NCBI GenBank assembly: GCA_028534125.1
Contig: CM052818.1
Span: 46,626,001-46,690,000 of the forward strand
From: Lama glama
Taxonomy: Eukaryota
Reading direction: 5' to 3'
DNA: 64,000 nucleotides
The translations under genes and the position numbers were made by a program. Positions 40,062 to 52,807 of the stretch are shown one piece after another (positions within the stretch are counted from its first letter, which is position 1; each line of letters begins with the position of its first letter). The notes under the pieces were generated by a model. It was given only the letters and a program-made list of their open reading frames with translations. It was not told the origin of the DNA and did no database searches.

Positions 40062-40202
40062 GTTCTTAAGTGTGAAGTGGAATTGATGGCCAGGATGGCA
40101 AAAACCATTGACAGCTTCACTCAGAATCAGACAAGGCTGGTGGTTATCATTGATGGGCTGGACGCCTGCGAGCAGGACAAAGTGCTCCAGATGCTGGACA
40201 CC
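40062..40202 (+). CDS. KIDINS220: KIDINS220 exon 18, KAP NTPase Walker B (LVVIIDGLD)
   Basis: 141 nt, phase 0/0, gcacag|...|gtacgt. Confidence 0.97.
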
Positions 40203-40934
40203 GTACGTCTTAACCATCTGAAAGCTTGCAGTTGTCACTCACGTGGCAGCAGTTGTCACCCACGTGGCAGCTGAGAGGAATAACTTCATGAGTATCTCAA
40301 GTGGAATTTGAATACTACTTTTTCATTTGTAAAAACAACCATCTTTTATGCAGGAACATAGCGAAACTAAATTTAAACAGATTTAAGCAATTTTGGCGTA
40401 ATGGCAGTGTGAGGAAAGACTAAGTAGAGTGTCCCTGAAGGCCACGTGTGACCCCAGCTTTTCTCTGCAGGTAGTTCTGGTTAGAACAGAGGTGACAGCA
40501 GAGAGCCTGCAGGATTTGTGGAGTTTTTTTTAAAAGTAGGATGCGTCAGTGGTTCTCTGTAAGGTCCGTGATAAGCAGCTGTGCGTAGCTGTAGGCAGAG
40601 AGCAGTGTGCTCAGCACTGCCCGCATATCCACAGATGTTTCTCATGTGTGTTGATCTTGCCTCTTATGTAGACCGCAAGTTTCTCAAAGTAGGACAGGAT
40701 TCTTTTCTTTGAAAGTTTTTTCACTGTCACATACTGAAAAATTGTTCAACGGGAAAAAAAATCCCAGACTGAGACGTCAGTGAAATTTGTTTTCATACAG
40801 AATAAGATTTTGATGAAGAGGAAATGTGATTTTAAAAATATAATCACCACAGGATAATACAGATTTTGAAGAGATGTTTTATTACTGTGATAATTTAAAA
40901 TTTACACCATAAACACACATTTCTTCTACCACAG

Positions 40935-41178
40935 GTCCGGGTTCTCTTTTCAAAAGGCCCATTCATTGCCATTTTTGCAAGTGATCCACATATCATTATA
41001 AAGGCCATTAACCAGAACCTCAACAGCGTGCTCCGGGACTCAAATATAAATGGGCATGACTACATGCGCAACATCGTCCATTTGCCTGTTTTCCTCAACA
41101 GTCGTGGACTAAGCAGTGCGAGAAAGTTTCTCGTAACTTCGACGACTAATGGAGATATTCCGTGCTCGGACAGTACAG
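40935..41178 (+). CDS. KIDINS220: KIDINS220 exon 19, [22 protein letters not shown]...[10 protein letters not shown]
   Basis: 244 nt, phase 0/1, ccacag|...|gtgggg. Confidence 0.97.
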
Positions 41179-41344
41179 GTGGGGGTCAGGTCCCTCGGGT
41201 ACTTTGGGTTTGGAGTAGTTCCGTAGACTTTTATGGTGGATCTCCTTTTGCCTTGAAAAATACTGTTCCTGTTCCACTGCCCTTCACATATCACCTACAG
41301 CAGACTTTGAGTACAAATGGTGCTCTCTTGCTGAATTCTCTCAG

Positions 41345-41433
41345 GGGTACAGGAGGACGCTGACAGAAGAGTGTCACAGAACAGCCTTGGGGAGATGACA
41401 AAGCTCGGTAGCAAGACGGCCCTCAACAGACGG
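41345..41433 (+). CDS. KIDINS220: KIDINS220 exon 20, [29 protein letters not shown]
   Basis: 89 nt, phase 1/0, tctcag|...|gtgagc. Confidence 0.96.
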
Positions 41434-42856
41434 GTGAGCTGCCGTTTGTTCTGGGCCCTGTGTTTGTATTGTTAGTCCTCATATAAAACTTCATCTTTTG
41501 TAAACATTGCACGAAACTCATCAGTAAATGTTATCATTGGATGTCCTTTCTGCTTCAGGTGGCTTTTTAGGGAATGTCTGAACTAGAGCATTAATAACTG
41601 TAAATTATGTAGGAGGCCCTGTCCTCTCCCAGACTGTTCTCAGCCCAGGTGCCACTCCAGACCCCAGACATGCTGAGTTAGAGACTTTAAAGCCCCCAGA
41701 TGATTTCTTCGAGGGTGGAGAGCCGCTGGGGTCATTCCCAGTCAGGTTGTGTTCACTCGGGGTGTCGCTTGCCACCGTGGCTGTAAGGGAGAGGGGGCTT
41801 CTAGTGTGAGGAAATTCCTTGCCGTCTTCCCGTTGGCCTTCCTCCTTCCCGAATGTTCCTGAGCTGTGTGCTCTTTCTTCTGTCCCCGTAGTGATTTTGA
41901 GCCCTTCCCAGCCCCTTGTAGTTTCCCTGTCCTCCCCTGTCCTGGGAACCCTCCTGTGCAAAGAACGAGGGAGCATTACAGACAGGAGGAGGTCCGCTTG
42001 CAGGGAAGTGATGTAACAAGCCCCACTTAAGGACGGCTGGGCTGGACTGGCGTTGGCATCGTTTTCTCCCCCCTCGTTGCTAACGTGAAATTGGAACATT
42101 TTACATTTGAAAAAATGTGCTTTAGTGATACTTTGATTTTATGCCTCTACCATATACCAGTATGGATGCAAAACTGATATTATGAATGACAATTGATGGC
42201 TCTAAATTAAAAGGAGGGTATGAGTTACCGTTTTGAATTTCTCTCCTGGGAGTCTGAACTCTTGGATTCCCTGTGATCGCATCCACATTCCACTGTTTCT
42301 TGACCTTGGATGAGAACACGCCTTTGTTGTGCCTGTTCCTCCTCCAATTAGGTGGGGTTCCCTACCCAACCCCACCTTGTCGGTAGAGTGCCTTCCCTTC
42401 TTACACAGATGTGAGGGCACTTAGAGCTGCCGTGCCCTTTAGATAGTTGTTACACATTTTAAAATAACCAAAAAATCAAAATGCTGAATCCTTAAATCTA
42501 GACAAGGGTTTACTTGCTTTATTATTTCAGGGTTCCTATAAATACTGAGCTCCCATAAGAGTTTGAGTTGAATTTTGAAACTTCTTTACACAATTCTGCT
42601 TATTCACAGCTATAAATCAAAATACACCTGAAGCTAAACCATAGCATTCGATGCAGTTGCTGCTAATACGGCTTTATAACTGTTCTGTAAATATTCCGCC
42701 TCAGGGAGTAATAATACTTTCTGTTTTACTAGATAATCTTCCTCTTTGACAAAATTTTGAATTGTTTTTGTTGTTGTCATAAACGTGTACTTCTCAAAAA
42801 GCCTTCAGTTCTCAGGCTTGAAGTATGGGTCACTCATCGACGACTCTCTGTTCCAG

Positions 42857-43001
42857 GATACTTACCGAAGAAGGCAGATGCAGCGGACCATCACACGGCA
42901 GATGTCCTTTGATCTTACCAAACTGCTGGTTACGGAGGACTGGTTCAGTGACATAAGTCCTCAGACCATGAGAAGATTACTGAATATTGTTTCTGTGACA
43001 G
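42857..43001 (+). CDS. KIDINS220: KIDINS220 exon 21, [24 protein letters not shown]...IVSVT, containing the PKD-site motif ITRQMS
   Basis: 145 nt, phase 0/1, ttccag|...|gtgact. By codon count the Ser is residue 918, or 919 if the NAGNAG Gln is included. Confidence 0.97.
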
Positions 43002-43359
43002 GTGACTTTTGTCTTCTTACTATTTTGTATGGTAGATGGTAAGCTTGAACCTTAACAAAGCAATTCAGTTTCAGAAACAGAACCATCTGCTTTGTTTATG
43101 TTTACACTGCCGAATGCCAGTTTTATTTGCATTAAGTATGTCTAAAAAACCAATGTTAGTTTTGACGATGAAAGTCAATTATCGGTTGTCTACTGTTATT
43201 TTAAAACTTGTTGATTTAAAAAATTTTTAATTTCGTCTCAGGTTTAATTTTTCTCTTTGTATAAAAATAATTTATGCTAATTTGTAGAACAGTGTAATTA
43301 CTTTATAACTTAAATGTTGAAATGCTGTTTTTCTGTTTTCATTTTCAGATGATACGTAT

Positions 43360-44977
43360 TTTTTCTTTATTGTTAAATGAAAGACACACAACATAAAATT
43401 TACCATCTTAACCATTTTGAAAGGTTTGGTTGATTGGTGTTAAGTACTTTCACATTGTTATGTAGCCGTCACCAGCATCCATCTCCTGACTCTTCTCATC
43501 TTGTATTCCTGCCCCTTCTCTTCTCCCAGCCCCTGGCAACCACCATTAGACTTTCTGCCTGTGTGATTTTAGCTACTCTAAATACCTCATATAGGTGGAA
43601 TCATATAATATTTGTCTTTTTGTGACTGGCTTATTTCATTTAGCGTAACATTACCAAGGTGCATCCATGTTGTAGCCCGTGTCAGAATTTTCTTCCTTTT
43701 TAAGGCTGAGTAATATTTCATTGTGTGTATATACCACATTTTCCTTATCCATTCATCTGTCAGTGGACATGTGGGTTGCTTCCACATTTTTAGCTGTTGT
43801 GAATAAAGCTACCATGTACATGGGTGTACAAATATGTTTCCAAGACCCTGCTTTCAATTCTTTTTTGGTATGTACCCAGAAGTGGAATTGCTGGATCATG
43901 TGGTGTTTCTGTTTTAAATTTTTGGTGGAACTTCCATGCTTTTTTTCCATAGTGGCTGTACCATTTTGCATTCTTTCATCAGCAGTAAACAAGCATTGCA
44001 GTTTCTCCACGTCCTCACCAACACTAGTTGTTTTCAGGATTTTTGATAGTAGCTGTCCTAGTGGGTTTGGGGTGGTATCTCGTTGTAGTTTTGATTTGCA
44101 TTTCTCTAATGATTAGTAATGTTGAGCATCTTTTCATATGTTTATTGGTGATTCACACATCTTAATAGAAATGTCTGTTCAAGGTCTTTGCCTATTTTTG
44201 AGTCAGATTGTTTTTTTATTGTTGAGTTTTAGGAGTTCTCTGTATATTCTGTATATTAACCCCTTTTCATATATATAATTTTCAAATATTTTCTCCTGTT
44301 CCATGGGTTGCCTTTTTGCTCTATGGATAGTGTCTTTTGATATACAAAATTAAAACATTTTTATTAAGTTCAATTTCCCTGTTTTTTCCTTTGTTACCTG
44401 TGCCTTTGGTGTCATATCAAGAAATCATTGCTAAATCCAATAACATGACATTTTAGTTGTATATTTTCTGTTATTTTAAGTCTTACATTTAGGTCCTTGA
44501 TCCACTTTAAGTTCATTTTTGTGTGTGGCATCAGGTCAGTCTGACTTCATCCTTTGCATGTGGGTCTCCAGTTTTCTGAGCACCATGCATTAAAAAGACT
44601 GTCCTTTCCCCACTGAATGGTCTTGTCCCCCTTGTCAAAAACCATTTGACCGTATAGTGAAGCTCTATTTCTGGGCTCACTATTCTATTCTTTTGGTCTG
44701 CATTTTGCCAATACCACACTGTTTTGATTATTCTAGCTTTGTAGTAAGTCTGAAATCAGGAAATGTGAGTCCTCCAGTTTTGTTCTTCTTTTTCAGGATA
44801 ATTTTGGCTATTCTGGGTCACTTGAGATTCCATATGAATTTTATGGTGGGTTTTTCTATTTCTGCAAAAAACTTGTTTGGGACTTTGACAGGGTTACATT
44901 GAATCTGTAGATTGCTTTGGCTGATATTGACATTTTAACAATATTAAATCTTCCAATCCATGAACATAGGATGTCTT
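43360..44977 (-). mobile_element. Degenerate L1 (L1M-type), 3' UTR and ORF2 C-terminal region, ~1.6 kb
   Basis: Minus-strand ORF fragments WKQPTCPLTDEWIRKMWYIHTMKYYSALKR and WYWQNADQKNRIVSPEI match the L1 ORF2p C-terminus; frame broken repeatedly. Confidence 0.93.
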
Positions 44978-45599
44978 AATTAACTTATATTTTAAAATAT
45001 TGAAATTCAGATTTTGTACATTGCTCTTTTACTTTTCAAGTGATATTTGGAATACAAATATTGATAATAAAATTAAAGATTATTGTCTTGTGACTGAATT
45101 CCTCACATGGAATTCTGCTTTCCACCATGTTAACGCTTACTTACAAATGTAAGTACTTGTAATTTAGTTTGTAAAATATTTATTTCTTTCTTTGCATGGT
45201 ATTGAATGGCACTTTGTAATATTGGCCAGTGTTAACTCTGTTAGGATAGTTACACTGGAAATTGTTTTTATACTGCTGTTGGAGTGCATGCTCTGGAACT
45301 ATATTGCAGCTGAGGTTGTATCTAATATATTTAGTCTTTTGTAGCTTAATTCCTGTAAGTGAGGTTTCAGACCTCATTATGCTTGATTATGTTCTGCTAT
45401 GGGAATATTTTAGTATATTATCAATGATACTAATATACTCACTTAACAAATGTATAGTGAGGATCTAGATATGCCAGGTATTGGTCTAGGCATTGTGGAG
45501 ATAAGCAGTGAACAAGATAAATTCTTGCCCTGTTGGGAAAGGCAGAAAGATATAAAGTCGTGTAATGATAAATGCCATAGAAGTTCCCCCTCCCCTTTA

Positions 45600-46680
45600 C
45601 CATTTAGCATTGGAATGCCCTTGGCTCAGTCCTTGGTTCTTCTCTTTCTTTCTAGGCCAGATATACCATCTTTATGCTGAAGATTCTCAAATACATATCT
45701 TCAGCCCTGTTGCTCTCCAGCTGCCCCATTGATACCCAATGGTGTCTAATATATGTCTTTGACTTAACATGTCCAAAATTAAATTTTAGGTCCTCTACCC
45801 CAGACTTAACCCACCCATAGTTAATGCAACTCTTTTTCCAGTTCCTTGGACAAAAAAGTCTTGATACCTTTGTTTCATGTGCCACCTCCAATCTGCAGTA
45901 AATTCTTTTGCTCTATCTTCAGACTGTTTCCAGAACCTGACCCCTTCTCCCTATTTCTAGCATCCTGCCCGTGTCCAGTGCATCGTTAGGTCTCAGCTGC
46001 ATGAATTACAGCAGAACCTTCTAGCTGGTCCCCCTGCTCCTGTCCTTTTCCCCCTACAATCTGCTCTCCATGTGGCAGCCGCAGCAGTCCTTCTAAAATA
46101 GAAGCCGATCATGTAATTTCTCTGCTGAAAGCTCTATTATTATCTGTACCTCTTTTACTAAAAATAAAAATCTTAAGTCCTTACAGTTTCTTCCAAGGCC
46201 CTTTTTGATCTGTGTGTCTCCAACCCTTTCCCTGCCCTACCTCATTTACTTTCTTCTTCCAGCCCTTGTCAACCTCTTTGCTGACTCGTCAAAATGTCAG
46301 GCCTGCTCCTGCCTCAGGGCCTTCACACTTGCTCATTCTCTTGCCTGTAAGGATCTTTCTTTGGAGAGATGCATGATGGATTTTCTCATCTTGTTCTAAG
46401 TCTTTGCTTAAATACCATCTTTTCAGTGAGACCATCCCTCGTTATCTTATATAAAATAACACCTCCCTGTTTGGTACTCCTTGCTTCCCTGCTTTATTTC
46501 ACTCCATAGACTTGGTCACCTTCTAATGCATGATGCTATTTACTTACTTGTTTTGTTTCTTGTCTGTCTCCCCTCAGTAGAATATAAGACCCACATGGCC
46601 AGGATTTTTGCCTGTGTTGTTTATTTTCTCCTTCTCTTTCTCAGTACCCAGCACAATGGGGCTCTGTCGTTGAATGAATT
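45600..46680 (+). mobile_element. L2 3' region
   Basis: TATGCTGAAGATTCTCAAAT...CCTGCCTCAGGGCCTT...CCCAGCACAATGG...TTGAATGAAT. Confidence 0.78.
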
Positions 46681-49677
46681 AGAGACCTGAATAAAGTGGG
46701 AACTGAACTTTACAAATATCTTGAGAAAAGCATTCTGAGGAGAGGAAGCAGCAAGTGTAAATGCTCTGACGTGGGACCCCAGGAACATCCAGAGGCCAGT
46801 CTGGTTGGAGATTGGGGAACAAAAGGGAGAGTAGTGGGGAGTGATGTCAGAGAAATAGCTAATGGCTGTTCATGTGGGGCCTAACAAGCCCTGTGATGGT
46901 AAGGACTTTAGATTAGATTTGCAGATTTTCGAGCACTCTAAAAATGACCAAGGTAGTGCCATTTAATAGAAGATATTTAGGTATATATTTAAAAAATAAT
47001 GTTTACACATTTCAGAGTAGAACCAAAGTACTTTCCTAAAACCTTGTTTCAAATGTAAGAATTTCTCTAATACCAGTCTTTCTATATTGCTGTATTTTAA
47101 GTTTTATCAAATACAGCTCTGCCTGAAAATGAAAGTTTCTAGGTAAGGTTTTCATTTTATGAAAGCATCTTAATGCCATTAGTTTCAATATAAATGTGTT
47201 ATATTGAAAAATAACCTACAGATTTAAACCTTTGTATTTTAATGGATTTTTGATAGCTTTCATGGTAAATTTTTCATTTAATTGGGTAACATTAGTTAGA
47301 TGTATATAGGGAAATACATTTTATTTATTTGGATAGATAAATAAATAATTTATTTGGATAGAATTTGAAGGCAAGACTTGGGATCAAGCCCCGGGCAGGT
47401 TGGTTATCCTCTAGGAGCTCCCACTCCTTTATATGTAAAAATGTGTGATATTACCTGTTGAACACTGTGCAACTGGTTGCTGCTATTAGGAAAGTTATGG
47501 AATGGATGGAATTAATATTTTGGGCCTTTAGTATATAAAATATCCATGAGTATTTAATTAAGTGGGTTTCTACTTAAACATTATGCTTTATTTTATCAAA
47601 TGTGCTTTATTTAAAATTTGTTTGCTTGTATTATTTTGAAGGATAATATTAAAAAATAACCTTAGACATGTTTATTGGGCAAAATTTTTCCTCATTTTGG
47701 CTTTATTTCTTAACTATTATATGCTGGAACACTTAGAACACTTGCATCATTTTTATTCACTCACACTTTTAAAATAGTTTTTCAGCTCTGTTTCTGCCAC
47801 TTTCATGAATTCATGACTGCGTTTGCTGTTCCCTTGTTTGAACGTCCTGACCTTCTTCCCTTGCCTCAGCCGTCCCTCAGCAGCTGACTCACCCTCATCC
47901 TGCACAGCTTTGTTCTAGTGGTTTCCCGCATCAGGACACTTCCCTTAAGTGCTGCATCTGGGCTTGGCGCGCAGTGTGTTTCCCCGTAGCGATACGTGTG
48001 TGTCTCCGGGAGAGCCGTCCAGGGGTGTGACTGCGTTCGTACCTGTGCGTCTCCCCCAGTGCGCTCTTGAGTTCTCCTTGGGTGGGGAGTAAGTCTTCTG
48101 TCTCTGTCATCAGTAACCCTAACATCCTGAATGAGTGAGTTTTAAAAACTCAGTAAAGCAACTGTAGTTCAGTTTGAAGTCTTCACTGCCTTCCCGCAAG
48201 TTATTATTAAATTTATATTTGGGGATCAAGCCCAGTCACTATGGGATAAAAGTTAGTACATGTCTTGTTGTTACTTCTGTCTCCAATTCAGTTCTGAAAG
48301 TTTTTTCACCAGTCTTTTCACCTTTAAAAATGTAAGAAATACGTTGTGAATGTTACAAGCACATTTTAATGTCTTGCCTCTAGCTACCTGTTTCTTTTTT
48401 TTAACCTTTTAGTTCTATGTTAACCTATTTACACTCTACTAAGAGTAGATCTCCTCCTCTTGTCACAATGGGTGATTAATTCATTTCATGCCTTTTGTTT
48501 GATTTATCTGTCTACCCCCCTGGAGGGTAAGCTTCATGAAGGCTGAGACCGTACCGTTTTGTTAACATTTTGTCCCCAGCATCAGTGTATCAGGTATTCA
48601 ATATTGTGATGCTCCAGTGAGTTTTTGTAGCTCTCAAATATATGTGAGCGTAGCTCACTTGGATTGAAGGTAAAGACTCTGTCACTCATTTAGGAGACCA
48701 GATCCCACGTTCCAGGGAAAAAAGAGTCCAGTGATGGTAATGTAGTTTGCATATAAAAGCAGATTTGCTGAGGGGATGAGGGTCTGATGTTTTGGGAAGA
48801 ACTGAATGGGGGAATTATATATATATCTGCATCTGTTAGAGGTAGGGGAAGGGATTATTCATATCTGAACCCAAACAGATACTGTAATCTAGGTATAAAC
48901 TAAACTGATAATGATGAAATAAAACTGACAGTGTTTAAAAGTAAAAAGCAACAATGTCAGCAGCTCCGAATCCCATTGAAATCAAAGAACGATTGGTGAC
49001 GTAATGAAACGGATCATCTGGTGTGAAAGTTCAGGGATTGCAGCTGCCCTAATGTAAGCACGCCCAGGGGTAGAACACGGAATGAGAGTCCTAAGAAAAC
49101 CTTGGTGATAGACAGAATTTCAAAAATATATGTAAACTCATTTTAGAGACACATTATTATCCACTTGGTAGGCTGCTTACGTAGGCAACTCTTAGTCCGT
49201 AAAAATGAAAGTCCCTGGGGTTGCACGTTTACCCATGATAAAACAAGAATGGGCCAGCATATTTGGATTTGTTTAAGGTCCATCAGGAGGTTCTTAGATG
49301 CTGCTTCAGAGGATGGGGCCCATCACGGGTACGTTGATGTTCTGCTGTGTGATTGTGAGCAGTGTCGAGACTGTCTGGCACATAGTTCTGAAAGATTTTT
49401 GCCTGCATAATGTCATCAGAGCCGTATATAGCGTGAATGGCAAATCACAAAAAATTACTTTAGAATTAAACAGAATTGTGTTTAAGCCCTAGAAGCTTTC
49501 CAGTACAGCTCTTTGGATTATAGAAGCCATATAAATGTTAGGTTTGAATTTGTAGTGTAGATTAAATGGCAAACTTTAAAAGATTTAAAGTTGAATTATT
49601 TGTGAATATACAAAATGTTTTGCTTAATATAACATTACATGCTTACTAGTTTTAAAATGTTTTTGTACTCCTTAAAG

Positions 49678-49840
49678 GGCGATTACTGAGAGCCAATCAG
49701 ATAAGTTTCAACTGGGACAGGCTTGCTAGCTGGATCAACCTTACTGAGCAGTGGCCGTACCGAACCTCGTGGCTCATATTATATTTGGAAGAGACTGAGG
49801 GTGTTCCAGATCAAATGACGTTAAAAACCATCTATGAAAG
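49678..49840 (+). CDS. KIDINS220: KIDINS220 exon 22, [53 protein letters not shown]; the gene continues beyond the window
   Basis: 163 nt, phase 1/2, ttaaag|...|gtactc. No further KIDINS220 exon was recognised before 64000. Confidence 0.96.
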
Positions 49841-51049
49841 GTACTCTTTCTGACCTCTTTATCTTGGATTAAGTTGACTTTTCAGAAGAAAATTAATGCA
49901 TATAAATCAAAATGAATACAAAATAATATGTGTAAAATCTATAGTTCTGGATTCAACTAATCATTCTCATTAGTTCTATTACAGTTTCAGAGTTGTACTA
50001 GCACAGGTACATATTCCATCATGTAAAATTTACAACTTCGTTTGGATACAGTCTTCCTTTCTCAGTGTAACCTATATGATTAAAAAAAGTTTAATGAACA
50101 GTCCTGTTAGCTTTATGTATTTATATACACAAAACGCAAACCTTAAAAATATGATTTATTTTCATTTTATTTTTTGTCCCAAGTGTCTTCATAGAACATT
50201 AGGGAGGTTACATTTTCCAAATCATTAGTGCAGAGAGTCTTACAGCTTTGTGTCTGGGGGATTTAGGGAACTGTGAATACTGGCTGGAGAACATTCTTTG
50301 CATTAGACAATAAAGGAATTTTATAGTCAGACGTTTGAAGTATTTTAAAGTCAACTTCTGATAAAGGATTTTTTTGTCTGGAAAGACATTAAGGCTCAGT
50401 GAAATGTCAAGTATGTCACGTTTTAAGAGTTACCACTTTTTCTTGTCAAATTCACAAAACAAAATTATCCTTTTTGTTCACCAGAAACTTAATACCTTTG
50501 AGGTTTTCAGTTACAACTCTAAATAAAAATATTAAATCTAGCAAACCGCTCAATGTAGACTTCATGTATTAAAACTTTAAGGATTCCAAATAATTTCTCT
50601 TACAGTATCGTCAGCACGTGGTTTTCATTGTTTTCCAGTCCCCATTTTTCATGTACATATTTTATCTAATATTTTCTAGGTAAATAACCGATTTTAGAAT
50701 ATACAGGATGGTTGTAGGATTTGTCTGCAGACTTAAGCTCTTGTGGGTTTTGCTGTTTGATTTATGATGAGTTAAATGAGTTTGAGCTATGTGGGCTGCA
50801 CCAAGTAGGTGTTCCGGTAGATGGCAGTGACTCACAACTACTATGGCCTGCAGCGCAGTGTCACCGAGCTGGCTCTGCTCTTTGATGTTTTAGAAATCTT
50901 CTTTTTATTATGAGATACATGATTGGTTTTTCCCTTGGTTGGGTAATAAAATACTCTTTTATATCATGAGTAAGCATTTGCATCAGAACACAGGTGCTGT
51001 ATAATAATGACTGTCTGCTCGATGAGCACAATTTTGGGGTTTGGTACAG

Positions 51050-52320
51050 AATAGGGCTCAAATCAGCCCCTGGGGAGCACACGCAGAGCCTGGATCTTGG
51101 TTTCTGAGTTCCGGGACTCCTTGGAGCAACGGCTGATTCCAGGTGTAAGGCAGGGAAAGCTCAGGGGGAGCCTGCTAAACTAATTTATCAGCAGGGGATT
51201 GCTGCGTCAGAAATCAAGGAAGGATGTGTTCACTTACAGTGGGGTCTGCAGGACTTACAGAGGGCACAGGACTTAGCTTGACGGAGCACCTTTCAAATTT
51301 GGGGGCCCATCTGAGAATCACAAAGAGGAATGATAGTAACGGTTTGTAACATACCAGGGAAAAAATCCACAGGTCCATAGTACTACTTAGAAGAGAAAAA
51401 AAAAAGGAATAATTGGTGGTTTTTAAATCATAGGAAATGCCAGCTCATGTGTAGAAAGGATGAATGACATAGAAAAATTACCATTTTTAATCCCCAGTAT
51501 AATAATTGATTCAAGCAAGGATCATCGGTGGTTGCCAGAATCACTGGGAGAAAGTTGTAGGGGAACAGGAGGTGCACATGGCTTCAAAATATCACTCCCC
51601 AGGTTAGGTATGATTGCAGAGAAGAAATGCCCTTGCAGTGGAGAGATCTGGCCATCACCACAGTTTTAATCAAGCAGTCAAGCCTGACACTGTTACTGGG
51701 ATGCACGGCATCAGATGCCTCTGGATGAAATGCAGTAGAAGGTACCACGTCATCTATGTGGTGGTGTTGCCAGCGGTGTTTCACTGTGATTCTAATTATG
51801 AGGAAACAGCCAGATGAGTCCAGAATGGAGGACATTCTATGAGACAACTGGCTTGGATTCCATATCGGCCACTGGGGGAGACTAAAGAAACCCGACAGCC
51901 AAAATGCAGTGTGTGAGCTGTGATTGGAATCTGTGTCAGTAGAGAAATAGAGCGTTGAAGGGCATTTGGCAGGCATTTGGGGAGTTTGAGCTTTTGAATT
52001 AATGTTAATTTCCTCAGGTATGGTAGTGGTGTTTTGGGGAGATTCATGCTGAAGTATTTACATGTGAAATACACTTTTAGATGGTTTGGCAAAAGAAAGT
52101 ATATGTATGTGTATAGATGTGCATATGTGTATATCTGTGTTTAGCGTATGTGTTACGTGAGTGTGTTTACATGTACATATACGTGTATGGGGGAGGGGTA
52201 GATAGCAGGTGTATCGAGATGTACGTGTGTTAACAGTTTGTGAGACAAGGTGAGGTGTATTTGGGTGTTAGTTGTCCTGTCCTTTCAACTTTTCTGTGAG
52301 TTAAAAATTTTTAAGCAGCG
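51050..52320 (+). mobile_element. Old L1MC-like 3' region
   Basis: ATTGATTCAAGCAAGGATCATC...GGAGAGATCTGGC...ACATTCTA, ending CTTTCAACTTTTCTGTGAGTTAAAAATTTT; typical of L1MC 3' UTRs. Confidence 0.65.
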
Positions 52321-52659
52321 GAAGAGACACAGTAAATAATTAAAATATAAATGCTGTGATTTCAGCAAGTGAAAAGAAGCAGGGATACAAATATGAAGTA
52401 CCTGGGTCTTACTAAAATCTTCCTCTTCCCATTCCTTTCGTTCTCCATAATGATGGTTCAGTAAATATTTGTTGCTTTGTTAACATTTTTATTTGAGGAC
52501 AGAGTTTAAATTAAATAAATCTGAGAGCTGTGCTCCTTAGGGCACTCGTGAGTTTTCAGTAACCTTTATACACGTGCCACATGTAATTGGGAATCATTAC
52601 GTGTATATATATATACATAGCTTTGTTGAAAGCTTTAAAAAATTCCCTACTATTGTGTT

Positions 52660-52807
52660 ATTTTTTAAATTTTATTTTATTATTTTATTTTTTGGGGGGA
52701 GAGGAAATTAGATTTTTATTAATTTTTTAATGGAGATACTGGGGATTGAACCCAGAACCTTATGCATTCTAGGCATGCACTCTACCGCTGAGCTATACCC
52801 TTCCCCG
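52660..52807 (-). mobile_element. tRNA-Ala-derived SINE (camelid Vic-1-like)
   Basis: Same A-box/B-box head and A-rich tail. Degenerate TSD CTACTATTGTGTT (52647-52659) / CTACCATTTTGTT (52808-52820), 11 of 13 identical. Confidence 0.9.

Noticed and set aside
41605..42099. 164-aa minus-strand ORF in intron 20
   Set aside because: No domain, no promoter or splice support; consistent with a chance ORF.
43349..43355. Possible 7-nt microexon (TGC...TTTTCAG|ATGATAC|GTATTT)
   Set aside because: Frame-shifting length, very weak donor, and it abuts the L1 poly-T tail.
43587..44902. Protein-like ORFs in intron 21
   Set aside because: Broken L1 ORF2 remnants and their antisense frames, not a gene.
13179..49840. 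Pseudogenisation or non-canonical splice sites in KIDINS220
   Set aside because: All 21 coding exons join in frame with GT-AG boundaries and no internal stop.
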